A stretch of DNA of 64,000 nucleotides from Octopus bimaculoides. Its lineage: Eukaryota. This document shows, piece after piece, positions 50,046-62,377 of this stretch. The DNA lies in the NCBI RefSeq assembly GCF_001194135.2, contig NC_069000.1:39730347-39794346 (forward strand), in the 5' to 3' direction. How positions within the stretch are numbered: the first letter of the stretch is position 1; each line of letters starts with the position of its first letter. Under the pieces are notes generated by a model. The model made no database searches. It saw only the letters and a program-made list of their open reading frames with translations, and was not told the DNA's origin. Both the position numbers and the translations under genes were made by a program.

Positions 50046-51303
50046 GATGACACCATACACTTGCTGGCTTCCAGTATACGGACCTCTCGACTGGTAGCAC
50101 TTGCATGTGCAAGTTGTTTGCCAAACATCTTCGGAGACAGAAGTCATCTTAAGGATTCTGAAGTCATCTCAAGGATCGAGAAGACTTTATTGTGTTCAGG
50201 TCACTGGAGAAATGAGTCTCTTCAGACAGGGACTTCGAAATTTTGAAATTTTACATTGATCATGCACGCCTCTATCATATCACCGTCTACATCCGACGCT
50301 CCGACTCCGTCTCTAAAGTGTCTGCCATAGAAATGTATAAGGTAAACTTCAAAAATCTGTTGGGAAACATTTAGGAGTAGACGCAATGTTCCGGTAAGGA
50401 AAATTGCGTAATTCACTATAAGCGATGAGTTGCTCATGTCATCTCTTCATGATTTCAAGCTTCATAAAGGATTACATTATATAAAATTACTACTTGATAA
50501 GTGTCATCAGATAAAACCGAAGGTGAGATAATACCATATACCAAAAGCAAATTTTGAGCTTGTGAATATCAGCGCTGTGTTTTGGGAATATCTCGCACTG
50601 ATGCACTGATCACAAGTGAATAGTGGCCTATAATTAGGAACAACTATAACTGATGCCCTATGACAGGGTAATTTGGAATTGGCTACCAAATAGTGAAAGG
50701 GGCCATCGGATAACTGTAGAATTTTTAGTATTTGCATAGTATTGAGTCGAAACATACCTATGTATGCTAGTAAAATGTTAAGTACAACAGGTTTACATTT
50801 GTTAACGATCTTTGAGAAATATGAGGCACGACAGGCACGATAGCGAAAGCAATCCCGTTGTCTGTTTTATAACTGTCTTCGTATTAACTACGCAAGGGAA
50901 ACAAGAGAAATCCTAAAGTTATGAGGGAGTTCGTGTGTAAGACGGGGAGAATTGTCTTGTAAATCACAAATTTTAGTTGGTTATGATGCCATCAATAGCG
51001 TAACAGTTGAAGGCGAAGTGACGACTTAGAAGCAACTCTCATGGAAGACATATTGTTTCATTAGTATGTGATTATTTTTAGAATATTGCATCACAAAGAT
51101 CCAGTTTCCAATACTCGACATATTTTAACAGTCGTCATCGCGGTCAAAGAATTCAGGTGCACAAATGTCCGTGCAGTACTCAACAAAAGATACAGTGAAA
51201 AATTGGAACAGTCATCGTCGAAGCCAGTGCAGAAATATTTTTATTACATAGCGACACACAGACATATATGTTTGTAAATATACACATACAGACCCACACA
51301 CAC

Positions 51304-51347
<44 letters not shown>

Positions 51348-51530
51348 NNNNNNNNNNATATATATATATATATATATATATAACACAGTTACAGAGGCAC
51401 TCAAAGGTACAGATAAAAGAGCGTCTCGTACGCAATTAATCATATATATTTCAGTGTGTGTGTGTTCATCAGATGAGTATGTGAGACTGCATCTTCGTTA
51501 CACGAGAAAAGCCATTGCCGAGAAGACTTA

Positions 51531-51848
51531 CTGAAATGATTCATTATTGTTGCCATGTGATGCCCTTATATGACTTTTAAGCCCGGCCAAGCTTTTGCAC
51601 ATTTTATTACATACTAGACAACTGTGCTGGGTGGCAGGAGAAACAGGTGCCACCATATGCACTCTCTTAACATGTCTTTTTAGACCTCCAACTGAGAGGC
51701 ACACCCTTCCACATTTTACACACGTTCTGTTGTGAATCTTAATAGCCACATCATTAGTTATCATGGGTCAATTTCAATGAGAATTTCGATGGCTCACCAG
51801 GCCTGCCCGACTCAAACACCTCTGCCCACAAACCACACATGTAAAAAA
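51531..51848 (-). pseudogene. Three in-frame C2H2-like zinc fingers; probable C-terminus of an RTE-clade LINE ORF
   Basis: FTCVVCGQRCLSRAGLVSHRNSH*N*P MITNDVAIKIHNRTCVKCGRVCLSVGGLKRHVKRVH MVAPVSPATQHSCLVCNKMCKSLAGLKSHIRASH. The CxxCxxxCxSxxGLxxH pattern is RTE-like, with no TGEKP linkers. Confidence 0.7.
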
Positions 51849-51872
51849 CGTAACACATATAAAAGAGTAACT

Positions 51873-51873
<1 letters not shown>

Positions 51874-51932
<59 letters not shown>
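51874..51932. repeat. (AAT)n microsatellite
   Basis: Direct reading. Confidence 0.95.
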
Positions 51933-51933
<1 letters not shown>

Positions 51934-52295
51934 GGGAAAATAAATCCAAAACTTACAGCGAAAAATTCAATTTAGCAATTCTAAATAAAATTTCACAATA
52001 TATGATATATGTATATACTTTAGAGAACAAAACATCTATTAAACAATTCAATGATGAAAAACGTTATTCATGCCATCCAGGAAAATAAATATACTATAAA
52101 AACCATATTCTAGAATCAATAAAGTATATAAACANNNNNNNNNNNNNNNNNNNNNNNNNNNNNNNNNNNNNNNNNNNNNNNNNNNNNNNNNNNNNNNNNN
52201 NNNNNNNNNNNNNNNNNNNNNNNNNNNNNNNNNNNNNNNNNNNNNNNNNNTATATATATATATATATATATGCATGTATTTGTATAGATAGATAA

Positions 52296-52344
<49 letters not shown>

Positions 52345-53349
52345 ATTTGCATGTCTAAGTCAATATTTAATAACATCTAACTTGGCCCTTTACAATATAT
52401 TTTCCAGCTTCTCTTATCACTCCTTTACTTGGTGTTGCCCTCGTTTATTTTTTTTTCATCTAAATTATGCTGTTCGCTGACTTTAAATGCCGAAAAGTTG
52501 AAGTATTTCTTTTATGGATATTCCCTACTGAAAGCAGTCGATCTCCTGCAGGCTGTTATCAGTATGGATCATCGATAAAAAAAATTAAATACATCTCATA
52601 AAAATATCATAATAAATAATATGAGTTGATAAATACCAAGGATGTACTGACAGAAAATACTTAATAAATATCCAGAGCGCAATTTCAAAGATCTCTCACG
52701 CACGCAAATATAAACTAATCAGGTGTTACTAAGTAGTATATAGCATAAATAATAAATATTGTATAAAATGAGATCAGTACTTAATTAAATTTTTTAACGT
52801 TTCATTAGTCTTTTAATTAAATGGATAGCCAGTTTAGGTACTTGTTTTATTATTTTCCTTACTTTCGATTTGTGAATTATCATTAAAAGGAAAATAATTC
52901 ACCATAAGTTTCAGCCTTCGTGCATCTGCACACAAAATGTGTAGACTTAATTAAGTTTAAAAAGCATAACGAAAATTTTAACAAGAAAAACGCATAAATA
53001 AGTGTTTGAAAAATCACACAATTTCCCACTTGAGTTTGGTAGATTGCTTGGCAATGAGAAGGGAAATGGTATGGAGAAGGAAAAGAAATATGTTGTGAAG
53101 TGGAAATGAAGTAACCAGAGAAATTTCTGGATTGTCGGAAATTGAAGAAAATCGTACATTTAGAACACTTTATCAGAAGAGTAATCACAGTTGACTCGAC
53201 AACCTTTCGCGTAGTTCGATGCAGTCTTGCAGTCTTTGTGTGCTCAGGTCAGGATGAAAACTTGTCTTCAGTACTTCTCTTGATATAATCTTGGTCTTTC
53301 CTTTTATTTTGTCCTTCCCCCAACACACACACACACACACAAGTACAAG

Positions 53350-53535
53350 GCAGCGAACTGGGAGAATCGTTAGCAAGTCGGGCAAAGCGCAGTTCTTTAC
53401 GTTCTGAAAACAAAAGCCACCGAAGTCGGCTTTGATTTTTTATCCTTTTGGGATCAATCAAATAAGTGAGAATTGAGCAGTGGGTTGCTGTAATCGACCA
53501 TGACCCGCCCACAAAATTTCAGGCCTTGTGCTTAT
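53350..53535 (+). mobile_element. SINE family 3, degenerate
   Basis: ggcagcgaactgggagaatcgttagcaagtcgggc...tttacgttctg...gtaatcgac...aaaatttcaggccttgtgc. Confidence 0.75.
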
Positions 53536-55643
53536 GGTAGAAATAATTTTGTCCTCATCTGATATTTATTTCATCGACCCCCTAAAGGATGAAAGGTAAA
53601 GGTTGCTATGTTTAAGGACATCCCTAGACTACAAATGCATTTTATTTATTCTTTAATTCACAACCTCATTCTGTTAGCCACCTTCGTAATTCCCGGATTG
53701 TAGTCTCACTCATTTTACATTCTAGTGTTAAATGTTGGTGATTGTGATTACAAATCTCGCCAGTTAATGATCAGCTGATTAATCAACATGCAACTAATCG
53801 CTTCGTTATTTGGGAGGATTATTAAATTCAGAGTTTTCTAACGAATTCTATAAAGATATTGATGTTGTGCATACTACGGATCTAAGTGTGCCATGTTTGC
53901 GTCACACTTCACATACTTAATGAAAAACTTGTAGCAGTGCCAAATAACACATTCGTTTGTTAATATGTGTGTGAGAGTGAGTGTGAGTGTATATATGTGT
54001 GTGTGTGTATATATATATATATNNNNNNNNNNNNNNNNNNNNNNNNNNNNNNNNNNNNNNNNNNNNNNNNNNNNNNNNNNNNNNNNNNNNNNNNNNNNNN
54101 NNNNNNNNNNNNNNNNNNNNNNNNNNNNNNNNNNNNNNNNNNNNNNNNNNNNNNNNNNNNNNNNNNNNNNNNNNNNNNNNNNNNNNNNNNNNNNNNNNNN
54201 NNNNNNNNNNNNNNNNNNNNNNNNNNNNNNNNNNNNNNNNNNNNNNNNNNNNNNNNNNNNNNNNNNNNNNNNNNNNNNNNNNNNNNNNNNNNNNNNNNNN
54301 NNNNNNNNNNNNNNNNNNNNNNNNNNNNNNNNNNNNNNNNNNNNNNNNNNNNNNNNNNNNNNNNNNNNNNNNNNNNNNNNNNNNNNNNNNNNNNNNNNNN
54401 NNNNNNNNNNNNNNNNNNNNNNNNNNNNNNNNNNNNNNNNNNNNNNNNNNNNNNNNNNNNNNNNNNNNNNNNNNNNNNNNNNNNNNNNNNNNNNNNNNNN
54501 NNNNNNNNNNNNNNNNNNNNNNNNNNNNNNNNNNNNNNNNNNNNNNNNNNNNNNNNNNNNNNNNNNNNNNNNNNNNNNNNNNNNNNNNNNNNNNNNNNNN
54601 NNNNNNNNNNNNNNNNNNNNNNNNNNNNNNNNNNNNNNNNNNNNNNNNNNNNNNNNNNNNNNNNNNNNNNNNNNNNNNNNNNNNNNNNNNNNNNNNNNNN
54701 NNNNNNNNNNNNNNNNNNNNNNNNNNNNNNNNNNNNNNNNNNNNNNTATATATATATATATGTATGTATGCATATGTATATATACACACACATTGGGTAG
54801 GGTGGACGAAGTTGATACAGCGTTTCATGTTTTATAGTTAAACAGTTCCAGTTAGAAAAGGATTAAATTTATTCAATTACTGTTTGTTAATTACAGCGTT
54901 AATTTAGCGTTAATGATACTATAAAGTCGAAATAGTTGTAGCGTGAATAGATGTTGCGTTCATTCACAATTTTCTGCCTGCATGCATCCGCTCTCATATA
55001 TCAACGCATGCACGCATTGTTAAAAATCTAACACAGCTAAACCAGGCGCTGGATAATCAATTTTTCTGCATACGCACATTTTTATATTCTGATTTATCAT
55101 TTAGATATGATTTTTGTGGTAGTTAATTCTTCGCCTGTGGCTAATTAGAAATTTACTCTAAGATATTAATTTATATTTAATTGCTAATCAAATTTCGATT
55201 TCGTATATGATGGCCTATGAATTTCATGATCCGGGTGGCGTGTAAATTCTAAAGTAAATTCTTGAGTTCCAACAACAGATTATTGGTATCGCTATGCCAA
55301 AGTGAAATCATTATGTAAATTTTAGAAAAACGTAGGCTAAATAGGTATATTACATGGAATGCAAACAAACATAGGAATGATGTGATAGTCGTATCTTAAC
55401 AGCTGTTTCGGATAAAGAATGGCTGGTTTCATACACATGTCTATTGTGTGACAAAGATCCATAATACCGTGAGTGTATAGAATAATTTTTTATATATATA
55501 TGAAAGGCAGAGCATGTTGCCTTCCTTAGAAGATTCTGGTTAGAATTCCGCTTTAGCTTCTATATATGTTTCTAAAACCTATTTCCTTGAAAATACAAAT
55601 GCGCTAATTCATACATACATGAAGATATATGTCTGTGTGTATG

Positions 55644-55688
<45 letters not shown>

Positions 55689-55729
55689 TACAAATTTGCA
55701 CGTTTAAGCTTTACTTTATTACATAGTTA

Positions 55730-56150
55730 GAAGGCGGTGATTTCGCAGACGGTAAGAAGTGTCCGGGCTGGGGTAAATCGATTATATCAACCCTAGTACT
55801 TAACTGGTATCTATTTTATAAAAGGCAAAGTCGGCCTCGGCAGAATTTGAACCCAGAACGTAAAGACGGGCGTACTAACGATTCAACCAGCACACTGCAT
55901 TTTCTACAACAGAAATGTTATTATTATTACATGCATATAAGCTGTGAGCTGGCAGAATCGTCAGCAGGTCGGGCGAAATGCTTAGCGGTATTCCGTCTGC
56001 CGCTACGTTCTGAGTTCAAATTCCGCCGAGGTGGACTTTTCCTTTCGTCCTTTCGGGAGCGATTAAATAAGTATCAGTTACGTACTGGGATCGATGTAAT
56101 CGACTTAATCCCTTGTCCTAAGCTGCTCTTGTGACAAAAATTTGAAATCA
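55730..56150 (+). mobile_element. SINE family 3 copies: a rearranged minus-oriented piece at 55775-55890 and a plus copy at 55944-56150
   Basis: aaggcaaagtcggcctcggcagaatttgaacccagaacgtaaagac (minus body), then gtgagctggcagaatcgtcagcaggtcgggcgaaatgcttagcggtattccgtctg (plus). Confidence 0.85.
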
Positions 56151-56773
56151 TTATTATATGTATATAGGAAGCAAAATCCTTCTGACGTACATCTACGTTA
56201 TATTCAGTAACACTGAAAACTTTCAGTAACTAAGGTCCTGAACAGAAAGATGTTTGATGTTAGAGAGATTATACTACAATAATATAACAAACCAATACAC
56301 AAAAATGACAAAATGCGTTCCATGATCTTGCTAACATATTGATTCCAGTTCACCGTAAAATCACCGATATAAATAATTACACAGAGCTGAAAAATGGTCA
56401 GATATACATATATATTTGTACAAAATTTGAGAAATACTATTTCTTAATATGGCGTGAAATGCAATGTTTTTTTTATTTCTCTTCTACGTTTCCTTAATAA
56501 TATGATGAATACTTGCTTAGTATGCAGCATGACTGGTTGGAACATATTTCATTTTTGTTCAAAGTTGGGAAAAAACAAAAAGTGATTTTGGAAAGAAGAA
56601 AATCAACGCCGCAAATAACCAGGAGAATTCAACTGCAAATCCTATTATTTTAATTGGCTAACGACATTTGATCTTCTCCTGGGATAGCGTTGATGGCTGG
56701 TTATTTTCAAAGAAATGGATATGCTGCCATCAATGTCAGTTTTTATAGATGATGCTATGTAATAAGATACAAT

Positions 56774-56821
<48 letters not shown>

Positions 56822-57007
56822 TTATATAGAGGCATACACAAATAAACAAATATATATGCAAGTAAATGATTTATATATAGATGTGTGTGAAAAAGTATGT
56901 GTGCGTGTGTATGCAAGTACACTTTTTTACTAAAGACTTTTACAAAATATATACTCCCTTATTCATGTGTGGGTGTTATGCATCTCACACACTGTTTCTC
57001 TTTCAGT

Positions 57008-57076
<69 letters not shown>

Positions 57077-57496
57077 CACAGAGAAAGAGGAAGAGGGAGA
57101 GGGAAGAAGAGAGAAAAAGAGGGAGAGACAGAGAAAAGAGAGTGAGAGAGAGAAAGTGAGAGCGAGCCATAGCAATAAATAGTGACAGAGGGGTTTTATA
57201 ATAGACTTATCCATGTCGATACGGTTGAGCAGCAAATTTCCTATTCCAAATTAAAGGAACGGAGAGATTCTTCAAAGGTGTAATATTCTGATTATGTCAT
57301 GACTGACGAATTTTTCAGCCTTGTAAGTGTGATTTACCCAGTATTTCTGCTGTTCTAACGGCAACTCTGAGTTCGAAAAAATATCATCTTATTGTAACCT
57401 AAAACTTAAAATTTCATAGCCTCATTACTCCCTTAGAATCCAATAGTCCGGATAAGGCTCTTTGATTCTGGAATATATTCATCTTTGGGTTCTTTA

Positions 57497-57690
57497 TGGG
57501 AGAATTCACGAAAAAACAGCAGACGAAGACAGGTGGTGTAAACAACAAATGGATGTATTAGTATAACGCTCGGGAATAGAGAAAGTCTTTAACGTTTCGA
57601 GCCTACGCTCTTCAGCAGAAAGGAACACAGAAAGAAACAAGGAGAGAAAAAATATATGTGTAGTGAGCAGCGATCTATCATGGGTTCTTT
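57497..57690 (-). mobile_element. Short element A, copy 2, with hammerhead-like motif at 57587-57622
   Basis: Reverse complement of 8224-8361; minus strand CTTT / CTGCTGA-A / GAGC-GTAG-GCTC / GAAAC-GT-T / AAAG. Confidence 0.75.
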
Positions 57691-58156
57691 ACCATATTTA
57701 TTCATTTTCCATGCTTTTTGGCTTTTGATAGATTAAGTATTCGCCATGTTTTTGATTTTTATAACTATTTTGGAAAGAAACTCATTCGCTTAATGGAAGA
57801 CCTCATACTGCTGTCTTAAATGTATTCAGTTTTGCCCTCAGATAAAGGTCGAATAAATTTCTGTAGATTAATTTCCCAAACTGCGTATTTCACGTTTACT
57901 TGCCTAGGGATATATTTCAACATAATCAAAATATGATATGTCAGAATCTCTTTGAAGGAAAATACTCCGTTTATTTGAATAGGAAAGCTGGTGTTCTTTC
58001 GGATGCATCAACCTTTTCGACTTGGACGAGTCTATTATAAAACCTCGCTGATACGTCTTAATGATATGGTTCACTCCTTTTGTCTCTTTCGCTCTCTATC
58101 GCTCTCTCTATCTCTTCACTATATATATAATATATAGAGAGAGACGGAGATAAAGA

Positions 58157-58260
58157 TAGGTAGGTAGGTAGGCAGGTAGGCAGGTAAGTATGCAGGTAGG
58201 TAGGTAGGTAGCTAGCTAGCTAACTAGCTAAGTAGCTAGCTAGCTAGCTAGCTAGCTAGC

Positions 58261-58321
<61 letters not shown>
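58157..58321. repeat. Compound tetranucleotide array (TAGG)n-(TAGC)n-(TAGA)n
   Basis: Direct reading. Confidence 0.92.
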
Positions 58322-58322
<1 letters not shown>

Positions 58323-58363
58323 CGTATATACACATGTCGATATGTGTGTGTATGTGAGTATAC

Positions 58364-58455
<92 letters not shown>

Positions 58456-59085
58456 TCATCTATGTATGTGTATGTATAAGAATTGTATACATATATCTTT
58501 ACACACACACACAAACACACACACACACATGCACACACACACACATATGTGTATATATAAATGAGGAGAAGCCAGAGAGAAGTTTCCTTTCCCCTGTTAA
58601 TCCCTTCTTACAATTCAGTTGTTTTCATTACAATAACAATCGGATTTGTTGTCTCTAAATTGCTATTGCCACTTATTTGCGCGTGTGTGTGTGCCTGTGT
58701 GTGCGTGTGCCTGTGTACTTGTGTGCGTTCCTGAGAGAGAGAGGGGAGCAAAGGTTGGCATATCTTTCTCATTGGCTTTACATTATAATTTCTGATATTA
58801 AAGCACGGATGAAATGAAAGGTATCTCAATACACCAAGGCAGCCCTTTATCAACCCTATTCCTTCCTTTATTTTATGTAACTGTTTAGAAACGAACACTG
58901 TCTCATTTTTAGGCTTCCATGTTTGGAGAAGTAAGAGCTGATGGAATCCGAATGCTGTTTGCAGAAGACCCATGACTTCATGATCCACAATCACCATCAA
59001 CGTATTAGTAAGATTCATATGTGTGCGGACATATTTGCTACTATGAGTTAGCGCATTCATCGATGTATGTATGCTTATTTATAAA

Positions 59086-59304
59086 TACGGAGGGTGCTGA
59101 CAAGTTCCTGACGTTAACGGTGTTGCAAAAGACCAGCTGGAGGATCGAACTTCGGAGTTCTTTTTACAGTCTGTAGAAAAGCTGAAGGACGGCTGCAGTA
59201 TATGAATGAATCTGAGAGAGGGAAATTTGATGAATAAAATCATAATTTACTGATCCTCCTGTATTTTCTTTTACATAAAGAAACGAAATTTCAGCACCCT
59301 TATA
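59086..59304 (+). mobile_element. Mariner-derived MITE, copy 3
   Basis: tacggagggtgctgacaagttcctg ... gaataaaatcataatttactgatcctcctgtatttt ... tttcagcacccttata; aligns with 27614-27839. Confidence 0.8.
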
Positions 59305-59321
59305 TAAATATATATATGCAT

Positions 59322-59388
<67 letters not shown>

Positions 59389-59629
59389 TGGGGGAACTGT
59401 GTGTATGTATATTTACATATATATGCATATATGTAGATACATATATATANNNNNNNNNNNNNNNNNNNNNNNNNNNNNNNNNNNNNNNNNNNNNNNNNNN
59501 NNNNNNNNNNNNNNNNNNNNNNNNNNNNNNNNNNNNNNNNNNNNNNNNNNNNNNNNNNNNNNNNNNNNNNNNNNNNNNNNNNNNNNNNNNNNNNNNTATA
59601 TATATATATATATATACATATATATGTAT

Positions 59630-59830
59630 ATACTCAGCTGGCAAAAACAATTTCTACCTGTATTTCGAAAGGGTCAGCTTTGTCATATTCTGTGTCATGC
59701 TCTATCTCCCTAAGAATGATGTTAAGGGTACACGTGTCTGTGAAGTGCTCAGCCACTTGCACGTTAATTTCACGAGCAGGATGTTCCGTTGGTCGGATTA
59801 ATAGGAACCCTTGTCCTAACCAACAGCGTG
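59630..59830 (+). mobile_element. SINE family 1-like 3' half with a family 4-like upstream block
   Basis: actcagctggcaaaaa, then gggtcagctttgtca...gttaagggtacacgtgtctgtgaagtgctcagccacttgcacgttaatttcacgagcagg. Confidence 0.8.
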
Positions 59831-60880
59831 TCTACTTCTGCTAGAAAGATGAAAGGAATTTTAAATTTTCATGCGCAAGCTATTTGCAATTAATGGATGA
59901 CAACGAAGACATAGCAATGCTGCACCAACTTGGTGAACGATCACGGTAACATAAAACGTTATAATAAAAAGTTCTGTATCTTCTATGGAAATTCTCTTGA
60001 CCAAACTATAAACAACTATACAGATGACCTGAAAGACGATAAAATCATGATAAAGAGCGCCTATAATTTAGATTCTATAAGATAAATTAATGGTTACATA
60101 CTTTACTCTAGTATATTATCAGAACATTGCATTTACATACATAGAACCATACATTTTACCCTCCCTTACAAAATCATTTTAGCATACCTTTCAATTAGAT
60201 TTGCTTTTTGTTTCCCACAAAATATATTTGTAAAATAGGGGTACGTCTCATACGCCAGCAACTAATTCCAGTGCCGTGGAGATAGCACAATAATTCCAGT
60301 GCCATTGAGGTGGCACTAGAAGCTTTGGGTTTCCGAGGTGGAAATTTATAAGTTAATAGAATCGCTCAGTTTCGTAGTTTTCTTGCGTTGTTGAGTTTTT
60401 TATATAAGCTTGTATTTGATAACGCTGATCATAAAATGGAAACAAAATACGAAAACGGCAACGATGCAGCTAATGCAAAGGGGTTATTGTGCGAAGAAAT
60501 CATAAAATTATTCACTTTAGGAAGGAAAACGTACAACTGAAATATGTAAGTAAGATTCTCTCGTGCTTTTATTTTAAATTTATGCGTAAGATAAAATTCA
60601 AATTTTTAGCTGTTTTATTTTGCTGCGCTTTTTCATTTTATAGAATATTGAAAATTCAGTTATTATTTTTCTGATGCATGACAATTTATATTAACAATTT
60701 GTAAATCGTATTATACAAAAAGAAAGAAAAAATAGCCTAAAGTTTGCTTGTCACTTACTGGAAAATACTTGTTCAAATATAATAGATTCAAAAAACAAGC
60801 GGTGTGAATAATGTGATGAGTCAAATGCATTCAAAGACATTCATGTGTACAGACAAACACATGTACCTACATATGTGTGT

Positions 60881-61257
60881 GTTGGCACTCCGTCGGTTAC
60901 GACGACGAGGGTCCCAGTTGATCCGATCAACGGAACAGCCTGCTCGTGAAATTAACGTGCAAGTAGCTGAGCACTCCACAGACACGTGTACCCTTAACGT
61001 AATTCTCGGGGATATTCAGCGTGACACAGAGTGTGACAAGGCTGACCCTTTGAATTACAGGCACAACAGAAACAGGAAGTAAGAGTGAGAGAAAGTTATG
61101 GTGAAAGCGTACAGCAGGGTTCGCCACCATCCCCTGTCAAAGCCTCGTGGAGCTTTAGGCGTTTTCGCTCAATAAACACTCACAACGCCCGGCCTGGGAA
61201 TCGAAACCGCGATCCTATGACCGCGAGTCCGCTGCCCTAACCACTGGGTCATTGCGC
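60881..61257 (-). mobile_element. SINE family 1, full length
   Basis: Colinear reverse complement of 20617-20996, with the head gcgcaatgacccagtggttagggcagcggactcgcggtc. Confidence 0.93.
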
Positions 61258-61524
61258 TTCCACGTACTTACGTATATATACATACATAATTATACATCTC
61301 CTTCATTAACACCTGTATATTACGTCTGGCAATGCTATTCTATTATATTGATAACAACTATATTTCTTATAGTCGTTTATGCTATTTTAATTATTATAGT
61401 GCAGCCTATATGCCCGCTTGATATCCCTTCAACTCAGCTAATAAAATAAGCTAAGATTGAATAGACAGTCTCTTCGTAAATACCGTCTGCAGTATGCGTA
61501 AAAAAGAAACTGACTAAAATTTCG

Positions 61525-61797
61525 ATTCGGCGAAATGCTTTGCAGTATTGCGTCTGTCTTTACGTTCTGTGTTCAAATTCCGCCAGGGTCGACTTTACCT
61601 TTCATCTTTTCGGGGTCGATAAATTAAGTACCAGTTACGCACTGGAGTTGATGTAATTGACTCAATCCCTTTGTCTGTCCTTGTTTGTTCCCTCTATGTT
61701 TAACCCCTTGTGGGCAATAAAGAAATAAGAAAACGTTAGAACGCCGGACGAAATGCTTAGCGGTATTTCGTCTATCTTTATATTCTGAGTTCATATA
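61525..61797 (+). mobile_element. SINE family 3 head-to-tail dimer (second unit truncated)
   Basis: Unit ends ccccttgtgggcaataaagaaata, then agaaaacgttagaacgccggacgaaatgcttagcggtatttcg. Confidence 0.9.
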
Positions 61798-61960
61798 CGA
61801 CGGGCTTGTTTCAGTTTCCGTCTACCAAATCGACACACAAGGCTTCGGTCAGCACGAGGCTATAGTAGAAGACACTTGCCGAAGGTGCCACGCAGTAGGA
61901 CTGAACCTAGAACCATGCGGTTGGTGAGCAAGCTACTTACCACACAGCCACTCCTCCGCC
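61798..61960 (-). mobile_element. SINE family 2
   Basis: cgacgggcttgtttcagtttccgtctaccaaatc...gaaggtgccacgcagtaggactgaacc...cttaccacacagccac. Confidence 0.9.
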
Positions 61961-62301
61961 TATGTGAACAATTTGCGATATCATCGACTAAATTGTAAGG
62001 TTCGCCTAAAATCAAAGTTGCCGATTTTGCGATAAGTCGGTGAAAATGTAGAATAAGAATAAGAATAGTTGGAATTGTAAATATTCAATGGTTCTTAATT
62101 AAATATGTTGGCAAAAAAAACCGCCTACTTAAAGAGATGTCTTCTTGAAAGATTTCAACAATTCCTAAATCTGAATTAAGAGTCCTTCAGGTACGGGATT
62201 TGTTAATGAATGTTATTGCGATTGCTTTTAATGTGTGTGTATATGTATATACATATATGTATGTGTATATATATATGTGTGTGTATGTATATATATATAT
62301 A

Positions 62302-62338
<37 letters not shown>

Positions 62339-62377
62339 GTACAATATATAGGTATATATATATATATATATATATAT

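Larger units (their letters stand above)
1388..59596. other. Sixteen assembly gaps (N-runs); the span covers the first to the last gap
   Basis: N-runs at about 1388-2149, 6456-7242, 10275-10752, 17483-17697, 19829-19937, 23483-23695, 24127-24193, 26156-26297, 28450-28961, 41580-42471, 44846-45299, 47790-47988, 51348-51357, 52135-52250, 54023-54746 and 59450-59596. Nearly all are flanked by (TA)n or other microsatellite. Confidence 0.98.

Noticed and set aside
51528-51764. Member of the cephalopod C2H2-ZNF gene expansion
   Set aside because: No TGEKP linkers or F/L hydrophobic core pattern, finger spacing is RTE-like, and there are in-frame stops upstream; treated as a LINE remnant.
6316-54841. 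All long ORFs containing X runs (for example 6316-7365, 28294-29065, 41424-42657, 53874-54841)
   Set aside because: They are open only because N codons cannot be stops; the flanks are (TA)n-derived YI repeats.
59950-60110. Possible fourth PLE or Helitron-like coding scraps (also 45440-45800)
   Set aside because: Only vague resemblance; no diagnostic motif could be read.
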